Program-made: the position numbers and the translations under genes
Assembly (NCBI GenBank): GCA_965215275.1
Contig: OZ244044.1
Coordinates: 1,760,001-1,824,000, forward strand
Direction of reading: 5' to 3'
DNA from: Thermodesulfobacteriota bacterium
GTDB lineage: Bacteria > Desulfobacterota_D > UBA1144 > Nemesobacterales > JAJCZQ01
DNA: 64,000 nt
Shown: positions 1 to 9,913 of the stretch, one piece after another
Layout: the number at the start of each line of letters is the position of its first letter
Numbering within the stretch: the stretch's first letter is position 1
The notes under the pieces: generated by a model
Databases searched by the model: none
What the model was told of the DNA's origin: nothing
Seen by the model: the letters and a program-made list of their open reading frames with translations, nothing else

Positions 1-1358
1 AAAGACTTGGTTTTAAGGTCGGACGTCTGAAAACGGGCACACCGCCAAGATTTGATGGCAGAACCATAAGGTGGGAAGCTACTGAGGTTCAAAAAGGTGA
101 CGAACGACCCGTTCCATTCTCTTTCTCGAACGACACGATCAACAGAGAACAGCATTGCTGTTATATAACGTACACTAATAACGGAACGCATGAGGTCATA
201 AGGGATAATCTGGATAAATCTCCTTTGTTCTCAGGACAGATAAGCGGCATTGGTCCAAGATATTGCCCGTCAATTGAAGACAAGGTCGTAAAGTTCCCTG
301 ATAAGGACCGTCATCAGATATTCCTTGAACCTGATGGTGCGGATACTTACGAGATATATCCAAACGGAATATCCACCAGTTTGCCTCTGGAAGTTCAGTA
401 TGGATTTGCAAGAACCATAGAAGGGCTGGAAAAAGTGGAGATCATGAGGCCCGGATACGCGGTTGAATATGATTATATAGAACCCACGCAGCTAAAGCCG
501 ACCCTTGAGTCAAAGTTCCTCGACGGTCTTTATTTTGCAGGGCAGGTTAACGGTACAACGGGCTATGAAGAGGCTGCAAGTCAGGGGCTTGTTGCAGGCG
601 TGAACGCCGCGCTGAAAATAAAAGGTGAAGACCCGTTTATACTGGACCGCTCCCAGGCCTATATTGGGATTTTAATTGATGACCTGATCACAAAAGGAGT
701 GGACGAACCGTACAGGATGTTTACCTCCAGGGCTGAATACAGATTGATGCTTCGTGAGGATAACGCGGATCTGAGGCTCCGTGAGACCGGTTACAATATC
801 GGCCTTGTATCTCATGAGGATTATGAAAAATGCAGAACGAGAGAAGGGAGGATAAAAGAGGAGCTTGACAGGCTTGAACGTACAAAGGTTGTACCGTCCG
901 TAAAAGTTAACGATATCCTGAATGGTCTATCCAGTGCCTCTATTAAAAAACCTCAGACTCTCAAGGAACTGCTGAGAAGACCTGACCTTTCGTATGAAAA
1001 ATTAGCGTTCCTTGATCCGGATTCGTCAAAAAGCGCAGGCACGTCCGTTGGTTTTCAAGTGGAGCTGGAAGTGAAATATGAAGGATATATAAAAAGAGAG
1101 CTTGGTCAGATCGAAAAATTTCAGAAACTTGAGAACGTAAAGATCGCTGAAGGTTTTGACTACAGCAACGTTCCGGGTTTATCAAAAGAGATCGTTCAGA
1201 AGTTAAGTTCACTCAATCCGAGTTCCCTTGGTCAGGCAACAAGGGTGTCCGGTGTAACTCCAGCTGCAATATCCGTTCTGATGGTCTATTTAAAAAAGGA
1301 TGAAGAGGCTAGAAACTCGGCTTATTCAGGTTCTTCCATCAAGTTCAGTTCTTCGTAA
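1..1358 (+). CDS. mnmG: tRNA uridine-5-carboxymethylaminomethyl modification enzyme MnmG/GidA (5' partial)
   Basis: Frame open from window start ([16 protein letters not shown]); motifs [37 protein letters not shown]. Confidence 0.97.
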   Translation, partial: RLGFKVGRLKTGTPPRFDGRTIRWEATEVQKGDERPVPFSFSNDTINREQHCCYITYTNNGTHEVIRDNLDKSPLFSGQISGIGPRYCPSIEDKVVKFPDKDRHQIFLEPDGADTYEIYPNGISTSLPLEVQYGFARTIEGLEKVEIMRPGYAVEYDYIEPTQLKPTLESKFLDGLYFAGQVNGTTGYEEAASQGLVAGVNAALKIKGEDPFILDRSQAYIGILIDDLITKGVDEPYRMFTSRAEYRLMLREDNADLRLRETGYNIGLVSHEDYEKCRTREGRIKEELDRLERTKVVPSVKVNDILNGLSSASIKKPQTLKELLRRPDLSYEKLAFLDPDSSKSAGTSVGFQVELEVKYEGYIKRELGQIEKFQKLENVKIAEGFDYSNVPGLSKEIVQKLSSLNPSSLGQATRVSGVTPAAISVLMVYLKKDEEARNSAYSGSSIKFSSS

Positions 1359-1495
1359 TCGGTTTCTTCGAGATCTTCCAGTTCTTTATCGTAAAGATCC
1401 ATTTCGTCTATTTCTTCGCCTACGTACTTGGCGTCATCTGGATATTCCAGCATCTCAAACAGATCTTTTATTTCCTGATTCCTTCTCTGTTGCAT
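1322..1495 (-). CDS. Small, very acidic hypothetical protein (57 aa; below ORF-track cutoff)
   Basis: Manual translation [61 protein letters not shown] just upstream of ATG; overlaps mnmG 3' end by 37 nt. Confidence 0.6.
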   Translation of the reverse strand: MQQRRNQEIKDLFEMLEYPDDAKYVGEEIDEMDLYDKELEDLEETDYEELNLMEEPE

Positions 1496-1628
1496 AATAT
1501 GTCTCCGCTGTTTTAAACATTTCTGCTTGGTTTTTCACTTACTTTATATTTAAAAAATTTTTTTGGCAATACCCGAAAAAATTATTATTAAAGGTGCAAT
1601 TTACTTCATAAATGTATCTGGATTTAGC

Positions 1629-1899
1629 AGGCAGTATTGGCGGTCATCCTTGATAGCCTAATTAAGGTTGTACATTGCCACGGAGTTACCGGAAGGCACT
1701 GCACCGTCGTATATTTGTTTTTGACGAACCAGGAGCCTTTCCCCGCCTGTGGGTGTGAAATAAAACCCAAATTATCCCTGTCCCAGAACAGGTCTATCAT
1801 CTTATCCGTAAGTTCAATGTCCTAGCTTAAATATTTCAATTCAAAAGTGATTTCATATAGCTCTATCAATTCCCACATCAGAAAGACATAGACGTCAAT
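1629..1899 (-). pseudogene. Decayed 271-bp duplicate of an internal part (3517-3787) of the yyaL-like gene
   Basis: Direct repeat of about 90% identity by eye; one 1-nt insertion, one 1-nt deletion, and CAG to TAG at 1822-1824. Confidence 0.9.
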
Positions 1900-2080
1900 T
1901 TTACTGGAATTGTTTTAAACCCACTTAAGGATACAACAACAAATTCTCTTAACATGTATGAATTTTTACCTTTAAAATAGGTAGTAAGAAGATCAACAAG
2001 AATTGAGATTATATTTTGCTTTGACGTACTAATCAGCAAATCGTTCAATCTTCTATGAACTAAATATCTTATCAGTTATT

Positions 2081-2105
2081 TTGTGGAGTCAAGTATATAA
2101 GTCCC
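2081..2105. mobile_element. IS1595-type terminal inverted repeat-like sequence (orphan end)
   Basis: ttgtggagtcaagtatataagtccc resembles the IS end cttgcatagtcaagtatataattccc at 55930-55955. Confidence 0.65.
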
Positions 2106-2128
2106 TAAAAAATAAGGAGGTTGTAAAC

Positions 2129-2554
2129 ATGGCAACACTAAATTGTAGTGATTTTAAAGAAAAAGTAAAAGAAATTATTTATATGAGAAGAGTAGATTGT
2201 GAATTGTCTCATTCAGATAAAGGACACAATGATGGTGACATTGTAATAGAAGACATTAAAAACAGAATTAAAGTTACAATAACTTATGCTCTGTCAAATT
2301 ATCTTTATTATATGATTTTTGAGTTAAAAGATGGTAGTGAAAAGTTTTTTAGAAGTAATGGAGAAGATTGGGAGGAATGTAATAGTGAGAAAGAATGTTA
2401 TGAATATGTTCCAGAAGAATTTAAAAGTAAGAAACATAAATTAAAACATTTATATTATAAAAGATATGTTAATAAAGAAAATATTCATAATCTTGTATTT
2501 TTAAGTTTCATTATGTCGTCATTAGGTTTATTGTATCATGTGTTTTTTAATTAA
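2129..2554 (+). CDS. AT-rich hypothetical protein with C-terminal transmembrane segment
   Basis: AAGGAGG RBS before ATG 2129; hydrophobic C-terminus LVFLSFIMSSLGLLYHVFF. Confidence 0.75.
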   Translation: MATLNCSDFKEKVKEIIYMRRVDCELSHSDKGHNDGDIVIEDIKNRIKVTITYALSNYLYYMIFELKDGSEKFFRSNGEDWEECNSEKECYEYVPEEFKSKKHKLKHLYYKRYVNKENIHNLVFLSFIMSSLGLLYHVFFN

Positions 2555-2570
2555 AATGTATAGAACAGAT

Positions 2571-2608
2571 AGGACTTACATAATTTGTGGAGTTAAGTAT
2601 ATAATCCC
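2571..2608. mobile_element. Second IS1595-type end, preceded by a degenerate inverted half (collapsed MITE-like remnant)
   Basis: ttgtggagttaagtatataatccc at 2585-2608 directly repeats 2081-2105; aggacttacataa at 2571 resembles its reverse complement. Confidence 0.55.
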
Positions 2609-2616
2609 ATTTTTTA

Positions 2617-3104
2617 TTAGCCTTGTTTCTTAACTACTATTTCCTCGTTTACTCTATTAGTAAAATCGTTGAGAACTCTAGTTAATTTATCTATAGTTTC
2701 CAACTGGGAAGCAAATTTTTTATTCATATCTTCCAAATGAGAATCTAATTTTCTGTCTATATCTCTCAGCTGAGAGGTAATTTTTTTGTCTTGAAAAGCA
2801 AATTTTTCAGCAAAATCCTTTTTAACTTCCTCAATCTTGTCTGAATATTCTTTCAACATTTCCTTCTCCTTTATACTTAACTGGTTGTCTATATATATTC
2901 TGATAAATAAAAATTCAGCAGCGACTATTGACGTTGCTAATAATACAAACGCAACTAAATTTTTTCTAATTCCTCATAATAATTATAATAAGTCGCTATA
3001 CCAACAACACATATACCAACAACACATATACCAACAACACATATACCAACAACACATATACCAAGCACAAGGTATATAAATATCAAAACAGTTAACAAAC
3101 TGTT
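2617..3104 (-). pseudogene. Frameshifted membrane protein: two TM segments plus a coiled-coil tail (includes track ORF 2617..2859)
   Basis: Adding one A to the A6 run at 2960-2965 gives NSLLTVLIFIYLVL(GICVV)4GIATYYNYYEELEKNLVAFVLLATSIVAAEFLFIRIYIDNQLSIKEKEMLKEYSDK... Confidence 0.6.
2997..3064. repeat. 15-bp tandem repeat (tataccaacaacaca) x4.5
   Basis: Four perfect units at 2997-3056 plus partial tataccaa. Confidence 0.97.
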
Positions 3105-3151
3105 TTACTCGTTTTTTTGCAGCATCTGTTTTCCGCTCAGTACTATCGTCT

Positions 3152-5233
3152 TTATTGCCTGATAGATTCAAGCATAGTATGCGGGTCGTTAGTGGGCACG
3201 TTACACGTAAAGTCTTTACAGATGTAAGCGGTAGCCTTATCGTTAACTGGAGTTTGTAATTTAGTAAACGGTGCGATCTTTTCTATATCGGTGGAATCTT
3301 GCTCTCGGAGAAGCACGACCTTATTGGGGAAATAATCCTCACGGAGTTTTCTGATCATGGCTTTTGTATCCTCTGCTTCTCTGTTGCCTGAAATTACGAT
3401 CTCATACGACGTTCCTACTACGAACTCCAGTGCCACCATAAGCATGGTATGGGACATAGGCAAGTTGTTCAAAGTGGAGGAAAAAGCAGACGAGAGTTGT
3501 CTTGAGAGTTTTTCATAGGCAGTATTGGCGGTCATCCTTGACAGCTTAATAAGGTTGTACATTGCCACGGAGTTGCCGGAAGGCACGGCACCGTCGTATA
3601 TTTGTTTTTGACGGACCAGGAGCCTTTCCCCGTCAGTGGGTGTGAAATAAAAACCAAAATCGTCCCTGTCCCAGAACAGGTCTATCATCTTATCCGTAAG
3701 TTCAATGGCCTGGCTTAGATATTTCAGATCAAAAGTGGTTTCATACAGCTCTATCAATCCCCACGTCAGAAAGGCGTAGTCGTCAATATTTGCCATAATG
3801 CCTGATTCTCCATCTCTGTATCTGTGCAGGAGACGAGAATTGTGATATAAGTTCTCATTGATAAAATCTACGGAATTTTTTGCAGCTTCGGTATATGATC
3901 CATTTTCAAAGACCCTTCCCCCTTTTGCCAGTGCGGCTATCATAAGACCGTTCCAGTCAGTAATTACCTTATCATCTTTATATGGATGAATTCGCTTTTC
4001 ACGAATTTCAAACAGTTTTTTTCTTGCCTCTTCCAGTCTTTCATTAAGCTCATCTTCAGAAACGTTCAGGTCCTTTGCAACCACATCAAGGTTTTTACTG
4101 AGGTGAAGTATATTCGTGCCCGTTTTCCTGCCAGTTGCTTCATCAGAGAAGTTCCCTTCTGTTCTTATGTTGTAAACTTTTAGTATTAAATCTCCATCGT
4201 CCTTGCCGAGAGCATTGAGTATTTCTTCTTCGGTCCACAGGTAGAATTTTCCCTCTTCTCCTTCGCTGTCGGCGTCTTCCGCGGAATAAAATCCACCCCG
4301 TGAGGAGGTCATGCCCGTCATCACGTAGTTGAAAATACGTTCAGTAATTAGTTTGAAATTCTCTTTTTTGGTCATCTGGTATGCTTCCGTATATGCCATT
4401 GCCATCAGAGCCTGATCATAAAGCATTTTTTCATAATGGGGGACAAGCCATTTCGGGTCGGTCGAGTATCTGTGAAAGCCAAATCCCACGTGATCAAAGA
4501 TCCCTCCTTGTCCCATTTTGGTAAGGGTATTTGTTACCATGTCCAGAGCATGTGAAGTTCCGGTTCGTTGTGCATATCTCATAAGGAACAGAAGGTAATG
4601 TGGAGTAGGGAACTTTGGTTTATTGCCAAACCCTCCACAACTGGTGTCATATCTGTGCGTGAGTTGTTCATAGCAGCGTCTCAAGGTCGTTCCGTCAGGA
4701 GGTTCTTCGTCTGACCGGACCTTTGTGGGGTCTACGGCGATTGCGAGTGTTTCGGTAATGCTGTCTGCTGATCTTAGAAGTTTTTCACGGTCGTCCGTCC
4801 AAAGCTTTTTAACTCTTGGGATCAGGTCCATAATACCGATCTTTTGGTATATGCTGTTCTTAGGCAGGTAAGTGGCGGCGTAAAAAGGTTTTTTATCATA
4901 AGTCATTAAGATGTTCAGAGGCCACCCGCAGTTACCTTGTGACAGGACTTGACAGGCGGTCATGTAAAGATTGTCAATGTCCGGTCTTTCCTCTCTGTCA
5001 ACTTTGATCGCGATAAAGGCATCGTTCATTAGTTCTGCCACTTCCCTGTCTTCAAAGGATTCGTGTTCCATTACGTGACACCAGTGACACGTTGAATAGC
5101 CAATGGAGAGGAATATCGGTTTATCTTCCTTTTCTGCCTTGTCAAATGCCTCCTTGCTCCATGGATACCAGTCAACGGGATTCTCTGCGTGCTGAAGCAG
5201 GTAGGGACTTTTTTCATTCTTAAGTCTGTTCAT
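3152..5233 (-). CDS. Thioredoxin-domain protein, YyaL/SSP411 (DUF255) family
   Basis: [51 protein letters not shown]. Confidence 0.95.
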   Translation of the reverse strand: MNRLKNEKSPYLLQHAENPVDWYPWSKEAFDKAEKEDKPIFLSIGYSTCHWCHVMEHESFEDREVAELMNDAFIAIKVDREERPDIDNLYMTACQVLSQGNCGWPLNILMTYDKKPFYAATYLPKNSIYQKIGIMDLIPRVKKLWTDDREKLLRSADSITETLAIAVDPTKVRSDEEPPDGTTLRRCYEQLTHRYDTSCGGFGNKPKFPTPHYLLFLMRYAQRTGTSHALDMVTNTLTKMGQGGIFDHVGFGFHRYSTDPKWLVPHYEKMLYDQALMAMAYTEAYQMTKKENFKLITERIFNYVMTGMTSSRGGFYSAEDADSEGEEGKFYLWTEEEILNALGKDDGDLILKVYNIRTEGNFSDEATGRKTGTNILHLSKNLDVVAKDLNVSEDELNERLEEARKKLFEIREKRIHPYKDDKVITDWNGLMIAALAKGGRVFENGSYTEAAKNSVDFINENLYHNSRLLHRYRDGESGIMANIDDYAFLTWGLIELYETTFDLKYLSQAIELTDKMIDLFWDRDDFGFYFTPTDGERLLVRQKQIYDGAVPSGNSVAMYNLIKLSRMTANTAYEKLSRQLSSAFSSTLNNLPMSHTMLMVALEFVVGTSYEIVISGNREAEDTKAMIRKLREDYFPNKVVLLREQDSTDIEKIAPFTKLQTPVNDKATAYICKDFTCNVPTNDPHTMLESIRQ

Positions 5234-5486
5234 TTTTTATCGTTGTTATTGTTAATCAGGGTTATCAGTTAAGATAACCTGTAAAGATCATCCGTAAACT
5301 TTGAGCAGGTGGTTGTTGTGCTTATCATATAGTATTCTGGTTTTCTTCCGTGTGTCAGTATATCTTATTTTGAATTAAGTTTTATATTATTCTCAAAAAG
5401 GACGACAAGGCGGGATAAGATTTTTATCTCAGAGGAAAATGACAGGTTTTTAACAGTAAGTTCAGAATAACGGAGGTTCAGTTACA

Positions 5487-5516
5487 TTGACATTAAATAT
5501 ATCAGTGTGATAGTAA
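5487..5516 (+). promoter_or_regulatory. Putative sigma70 promoter of aroF
   Basis: Perfect TTGACA at 5487-5492; -10-like gatagt about 16 nt downstream. Confidence 0.45.
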
Positions 5517-5564
5517 TATCTGTTTTGTGTACACGATTTTTGTTTGGGTTTAGGAGATTATGAA

Positions 5565-6584
5565 ATGATTGTAGTAATGAAAAATACTGCGACCAATGAA
5601 GAGATTGAAAAGGTCAAAGCAGTTATTGAAGATCTGGGCTATAAACCTCATCCAATAGAGGGAATTTTAAGAACTGTAATAGGCGTCGTTGGTGATGACA
5701 GAGGTAAACCCCATCACGCGGATAATATAAAACAGTTAAAAGGCGTGGAGAAGGTTCTTCCTATTGTCCAGCCTTACAAACTTGCGAGCAAAGAGGTTGT
5801 AAACGAGACGTCCAGGATAGATATTAACGGCGTTAAAGTAGGAAGTGAAAATATATCCGTTATAGCTGGACCATGCTCGGTTGAAAGTAAAGAGCAGTTA
5901 CTGACGATTGCCAAAAGGGTTAAAGAGTCAGGAGCAACAATGCTGCGGGGTGGGGCGTTTAAACCCAGAACCTCTCCATATTCCTTTCAAGGTCTGGGTG
6001 AGGACGGGCTGAAGATACTTGCAGAGGCAAGGGAAATAACCGGATTACCAGTCGTTACGGAATTGATGGACCCGAACGATCTGGATCTGCTTGAGGACTA
6101 CGCGGATGTTTTTCAGATAGGGGCCAGGAATTCTCAGAACTATTCACTGCTGAAATTAGTTGGAAGATCAAAAAAACCAGTTCTTTTAAAAAGAGGAATG
6201 TCAACAACGATCAACGAGTTTTTAATGTGTGCCGAGTATATTCTATCCGAAGGGAATCCCAACGTAATGTTGTGTGAAAGAGGGATAAGAACCTTTGAAA
6301 CTGCCACAAGGAACACTTTTGATCTCAATGCCATACCTGTACTGAAGGAGAAGACCCACTTACCGGTGTTTGCTGATCCGAGCCACGGAACGGGTTACTG
6401 GCAATACGTGGCTCCGGTAACCCTTGCAGCCATTGCTGCTGGTGCCGACGGACTTGCCATTGAGGTACATGATAATCCTGAAATCGCAGTAAGCGACGGC
6501 GGACAATCCTTAAAACCTAATAACTTTGATGCTCTTATGAAAAAAGCTGCTTCCGTTGCAAAAGCAGTGGGCCGGTCCATATAG
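5565..6584 (+). CDS. aroF: DAHP synthase, type I-beta with N-terminal regulatory domain
   Basis: [39 protein letters not shown] before ATG 5565. Confidence 0.95.
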   Translation: MIVVMKNTATNEEIEKVKAVIEDLGYKPHPIEGILRTVIGVVGDDRGKPHHADNIKQLKGVEKVLPIVQPYKLASKEVVNETSRIDINGVKVGSENISVIAGPCSVESKEQLLTIAKRVKESGATMLRGGAFKPRTSPYSFQGLGEDGLKILAEAREITGLPVVTELMDPNDLDLLEDYADVFQIGARNSQNYSLLKLVGRSKKPVLLKRGMSTTINEFLMCAEYILSEGNPNVMLCERGIRTFETATRNTFDLNAIPVLKEKTHLPVFADPSHGTGYWQYVAPVTLAAIAAGADGLAIEVHDNPEIAVSDGGQSLKPNNFDALMKKAASVAKAVGRSI

Positions 6585-6641
6585 AGAATTAAATTGGTCA
6601 GAAACAGAAGCGAGTAGTGTAATGTTCGTAACTATAGCAAA

Positions 6642-7877
6642 TTAAATTTCGAAGTCTGATGTTTTAAAATTCAGCACTTTGTTCTTGATATTAGGATTTA
6701 GTTTTCTCTGCTTGAGCCAACGTTTTTTCCAATAACTGACAATCTCTTCTTTAGAATATTGATTGTATTTCAGACGTTTATGTTTTCCTTGAAGGAATTG
6801 AATACTATTTTGCGCCAATGGGACAAAGTAAATTGTTCTTTTAAAAGAGTGTTGTAAGAGGAAATTAGAATCAAAGTTCAACAGATCTCCAACTGTTCTA
6901 ATTATACGCATTCTCCAGCTGGGACCATCTCCGAATTTATGCCCTATGTATATGCCTTTCCTGGCAAGGTATTTACGCATTAAATTTATTGTCCGTTCTG
7001 TTAAGTGCAATGTGCCATATCCCTTGGTTTCGCCTATGGGTTTGTAGAGGAGTTCTCCTTGATATTTCAGACGGTTATACTGTGAACTTTTCCCGTATAA
7101 ACCTGTAGTGAATAAGCAGGCTAAATCATATGCTTTACGTTTGTTTATAATGGTGATCTGGTTTTTGTATTTGTTTTTGTAGACAGTTCTAATTTCTTTT
7201 GATGTTAATATATAAGAAATGAGTTTGCCTCCAAGAAGATAGTTATAAGGCGGAAGAGCTCCTATTACATACGCATCCATTGCATAAATAAGATTGTTTG
7301 TTCTTGTTTTTTTATCCCATCCAATATAATCATCTCTTTCGGGTATATGTATAATCGGGCTACCTAAAGCAGCAATTCCAATAATGGGTTTTTTCGGTAG
7401 AGCTGCATCGCGGATCAGCAGTCTGATTCTCCTTCCTACATATTCACTATAAGGAGATGACCAGTAATAGCGCAGCATACGAAATAGGCGATGTTGTTTC
7501 TCTGTTTTACAAACTTCAATAACAGGTCGGATTTCAGATTGGAAAGCAGAGATGCCATCAGCAAGATTTTGACGGGCAAAGTCAATGTTTTTGTCAATCC
7601 ATGATCGGTTATTAAGAATAACTTCACTCCGTTTTACCCCCATGGATTTTCTTATGATTTCTTTGTCATAGTATTGAGGAGGTAATATTTCAACTTTCCC
7701 TCTTTTGAATTCAGCTACCCAGCCTAATTCAAGCAAATCTGAAACTATTGAGTCTGTGACTTGTTTTTCAAGAAACTTATTGTCACGGTCTGACCTGATA
7801 GCTTCTTTTTTTTTAAGGTCAGTGTGTAATTTTAATGCAGCTGTCCGATCTCTGTTTATTCCAATTTTGCTTTCCAT
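6642..7877 (-). CDS. DUF4338 / Druantia DruA-like protein
   Basis: Motifs WSSPYSEYVGRRIRLLIRD, IGIAALGSP, GALPPYNYLLGGKL, TTGLYGKSSQYNR, GETKGYGTLHL recalled as DUF4338/DruA-like. Confidence 0.75.
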   Translation of the reverse strand: MESKIGINRDRTAALKLHTDLKKKEAIRSDRDNKFLEKQVTDSIVSDLLELGWVAEFKRGKVEILPPQYYDKEIIRKSMGVKRSEVILNNRSWIDKNIDFARQNLADGISAFQSEIRPVIEVCKTEKQHRLFRMLRYYWSSPYSEYVGRRIRLLIRDAALPKKPIIGIAALGSPIIHIPERDDYIGWDKKTRTNNLIYAMDAYVIGALPPYNYLLGGKLISYILTSKEIRTVYKNKYKNQITIINKRKAYDLACLFTTGLYGKSSQYNRLKYQGELLYKPIGETKGYGTLHLTERTINLMRKYLARKGIYIGHKFGDGPSWRMRIIRTVGDLLNFDSNFLLQHSFKRTIYFVPLAQNSIQFLQGKHKRLKYNQYSKEEIVSYWKKRWLKQRKLNPNIKNKVLNFKTSDFEI

Positions 7878-9913
7878 TTCTCAGTAAGGATCCAATAATA
7901 ATTCTGCTTTCCTTTGCTTGGATGTTCACCTTCTCGACGCTGTACTTCATGGCCAAATATTTGTGAAAGTAAAGGGGTGTAAAGCTGATCTTCTGATCTA
8001 GCTTCATCTTGAAACTTTGGCGATTCTTTAATCTGTTTAACAAAGTAGTATAGTTGACCTTGATATATTCCGGTCAGATTTTCATTTGGCGATTCCAATA
8101 CACTAAGTTGCTTTTTTTCTTTCTTTAACAATGACAATAATTCATTAGCCATTTTATTTTCTCTTTCCTCTAATTTCTCTTTTATTTCTACGTCAGCGGA
8201 TTTCTTGAATGGGTCAGCATTTTCGTCAGTTACGATGTGTTCTTTGTATAAATTCTCAAAATTGCGGACTCTTACGGATAGAACGAATGGTTGTTTTGGG
8301 GCACTCCACATATAACAATTTCCGGGAATTGGTTCTCCTATTATATGGGCAAGTACATCATGTGAAAAATGGGAATTATATTTCCCAAGAGTTGAAGTAT
8401 CTCCTTCTGATAATAAATGAAAACTGAACCAATTGTCTGATTGGCTCATAATCTCAGGAGCCATTGATCCCGGTTGCTGTGTTATCAGAATCGCACCCAA
8501 GTCATATTTTCTGCCTTCTTTAACCCATTCTACAAATGGGCTCGATTCTTCAAGTCTTCGTCCCAGAACGCTCTGTGCTTCTTCTATTATTACATTTACC
8601 GGTAATGAACTTTTTCCTGTGAAGTGCTCTTGATTAAAATTGAAAATTTTACGCATAAGAAGTCCGGCAATATGGTTCCCAGCAGTTGAACTGAGCATAC
8701 TGATGTCAACTATGACAATCAGCCCCTCCCGCAATTTATCAATTGTTCCATTAATTAACTGACTCTCCGGATCATGAAGGAGGTTCACCACATTGAACAT
8801 ATTGCTTTTTGCAGCAGCAATTTCCGCAGAGTTGGAACTGGCATCACTATCTTTATAACCTAATAGCTTGGCTATATCTTTTTCATCTGCCTGTAAACCA
8901 TTATCAGAAATTAATTCAACCATTTCACGCCAATTTGTACTGTTTAAACTTTTCAACTTCGCAATGTTTTGCTGATTTTGTCTGTCAGAAGAAACAGCTA
9001 TTCCAATCACATCTCTTGGTAACAGACCTCTAATGTCTAATTTTACAATGCCGGCTTTCCAGCTTCCGTAGTAAGGGCTGGGATCAGGTCTGTTCGTAAA
9101 GACGGTAATTTGTTCTTTCAAGTCTGGTACATCGCAGAGCCCTGGACGGCCTTTATTGTCTGGCCAGAAATACTCGCCGTCAGCATCAAATATGAGAGTA
9201 CCAACCTTTTTCTCATTGTCGGTTATTGCATCCTTGCCGTTGTCTTTATAGAGTTCAGAAATTAAATATTTGATGAGATTGGATTTTCCGTATCCTGCTC
9301 TTGCAAATACGACAGAACGTTTGGCAACTAGGTTGTTGATGTTAAAGGTCACTTTTAGTTGCGGGCTGATCTGCCTGAACATTTCGGTTGATTCGGTTGT
9401 GTTACCTGAATACACGAATTCTCCAAGTACATAATTACCCAAATCAGTACTACCGCCACTTAAAGAGCAGAGTTCTTTAAGGACGTCATCGCTCGGTAAA
9501 GCGACTTTCGACCCTAAGTGAGGTAGACGTCTTTGAGATGGAACGAAGACGATATTCTCCTCCCCGTTTTTTGTACCTACTTTTACAGCTCCTAATAATT
9601 TGATTTCAACACGGTATTTTAGTTTGTCTTTTTTTAAGTCCTCAGGAATTTCTTGTTCTCTTCTTTGCATTGTGCTCAGATAATCTTCCCCTTCGCCTGT
9701 TGCAAGTAAGCCTGTGGGGAAAAACTTGGTTATTCGTCCTAACGAAGCTTCTGTAGGGTCTCCAAGTTCTATTAACAGGAATTGGCCTAGTTGAGGTTTT
9801 TCGAGCATAGAGGCGTCGTAAGGAGTTACAATTTCTGCGGCAAATTCATAACCTCTTTCCGTAAATCCTTTGAATACACCCATAAGCTTTGATTTTGCGA
9901 ATAATTCAGGCAC
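7856..9913 (-). CDS. HerA/FtsK-superfamily (DUF87) ATPase
   Basis: Likely N-terminal HAS barrel; Walker A variant FARAGYGKSN; IFDADGEY; Walker B VIIEEAQ; EGRKYDLGAILITQQP. Confidence 0.9.
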   Translation of the reverse strand: MPELFAKSKLMGVFKGFTERGYEFAAEIVTPYDASMLEKPQLGQFLLIELGDPTEASLGRITKFFPTGLLATGEGEDYLSTMQRREQEIPEDLKKDKLKYRVEIKLLGAVKVGTKNGEENIVFVPSQRRLPHLGSKVALPSDDVLKELCSLSGGSTDLGNYVLGEFVYSGNTTESTEMFRQISPQLKVTFNINNLVAKRSVVFARAGYGKSNLIKYLISELYKDNGKDAITDNEKKVGTLIFDADGEYFWPDNKGRPGLCDVPDLKEQITVFTNRPDPSPYYGSWKAGIVKLDIRGLLPRDVIGIAVSSDRQNQQNIAKLKSLNSTNWREMVELISDNGLQADEKDIAKLLGYKDSDASSNSAEIAAAKSNMFNVVNLLHDPESQLINGTIDKLREGLIVIVDISMLSSTAGNHIAGLLMRKIFNFNQEHFTGKSSLPVNVIIEEAQSVLGRRLEESSPFVEWVKEGRKYDLGAILITQQPGSMAPEIMSQSDNWFSFHLLSEGDTSTLGKYNSHFSHDVLAHIIGEPIPGNCYMWSAPKQPFVLSVRVRNFENLYKEHIVTDENADPFKKSADVEIKEKLEERENKMANELLSLLKKEKKQLSVLESPNENLTGIYQGQLYYFVKQIKESPKFQDEARSEDQLYTPLLSQIFGHEVQRREGEHPSKGKQNYYWILTEKWKAKLE

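Noticed and set aside
2081..2608. Repeats flanking ORF 2129-2554 as integron attC sites
   Set aside because: No RYYYAAC...GTTRRRY structure and no integrase. The sequence matches IS1595 ends better.
2997..3064. Tandem repeat as a CRISPR array
   Set aside because: Units are 15 bp, head to tail, with no spacers, and there are no cas genes.
2983..3171. ORF with (WYMCC)x4 that looks like a RiPP precursor with repeated cores
   Set aside because: No modifying enzymes, protease or transporter nearby. Another frame of the same repeat (GICVV) fits a membrane protein continuous with the downstream ORF.
1629..3787. Diverged repeat pair as a DGR template/variable repeat
   Set aside because: Differences are not confined to adenines, indels are present, and there is no reverse transcriptase in the window.
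6642..7877. Calling the locus a canonical Druantia system
   Set aside because: No DruE-like large helicase or DruB-D genes in the window; the partners are NurA-like and HerA-like.
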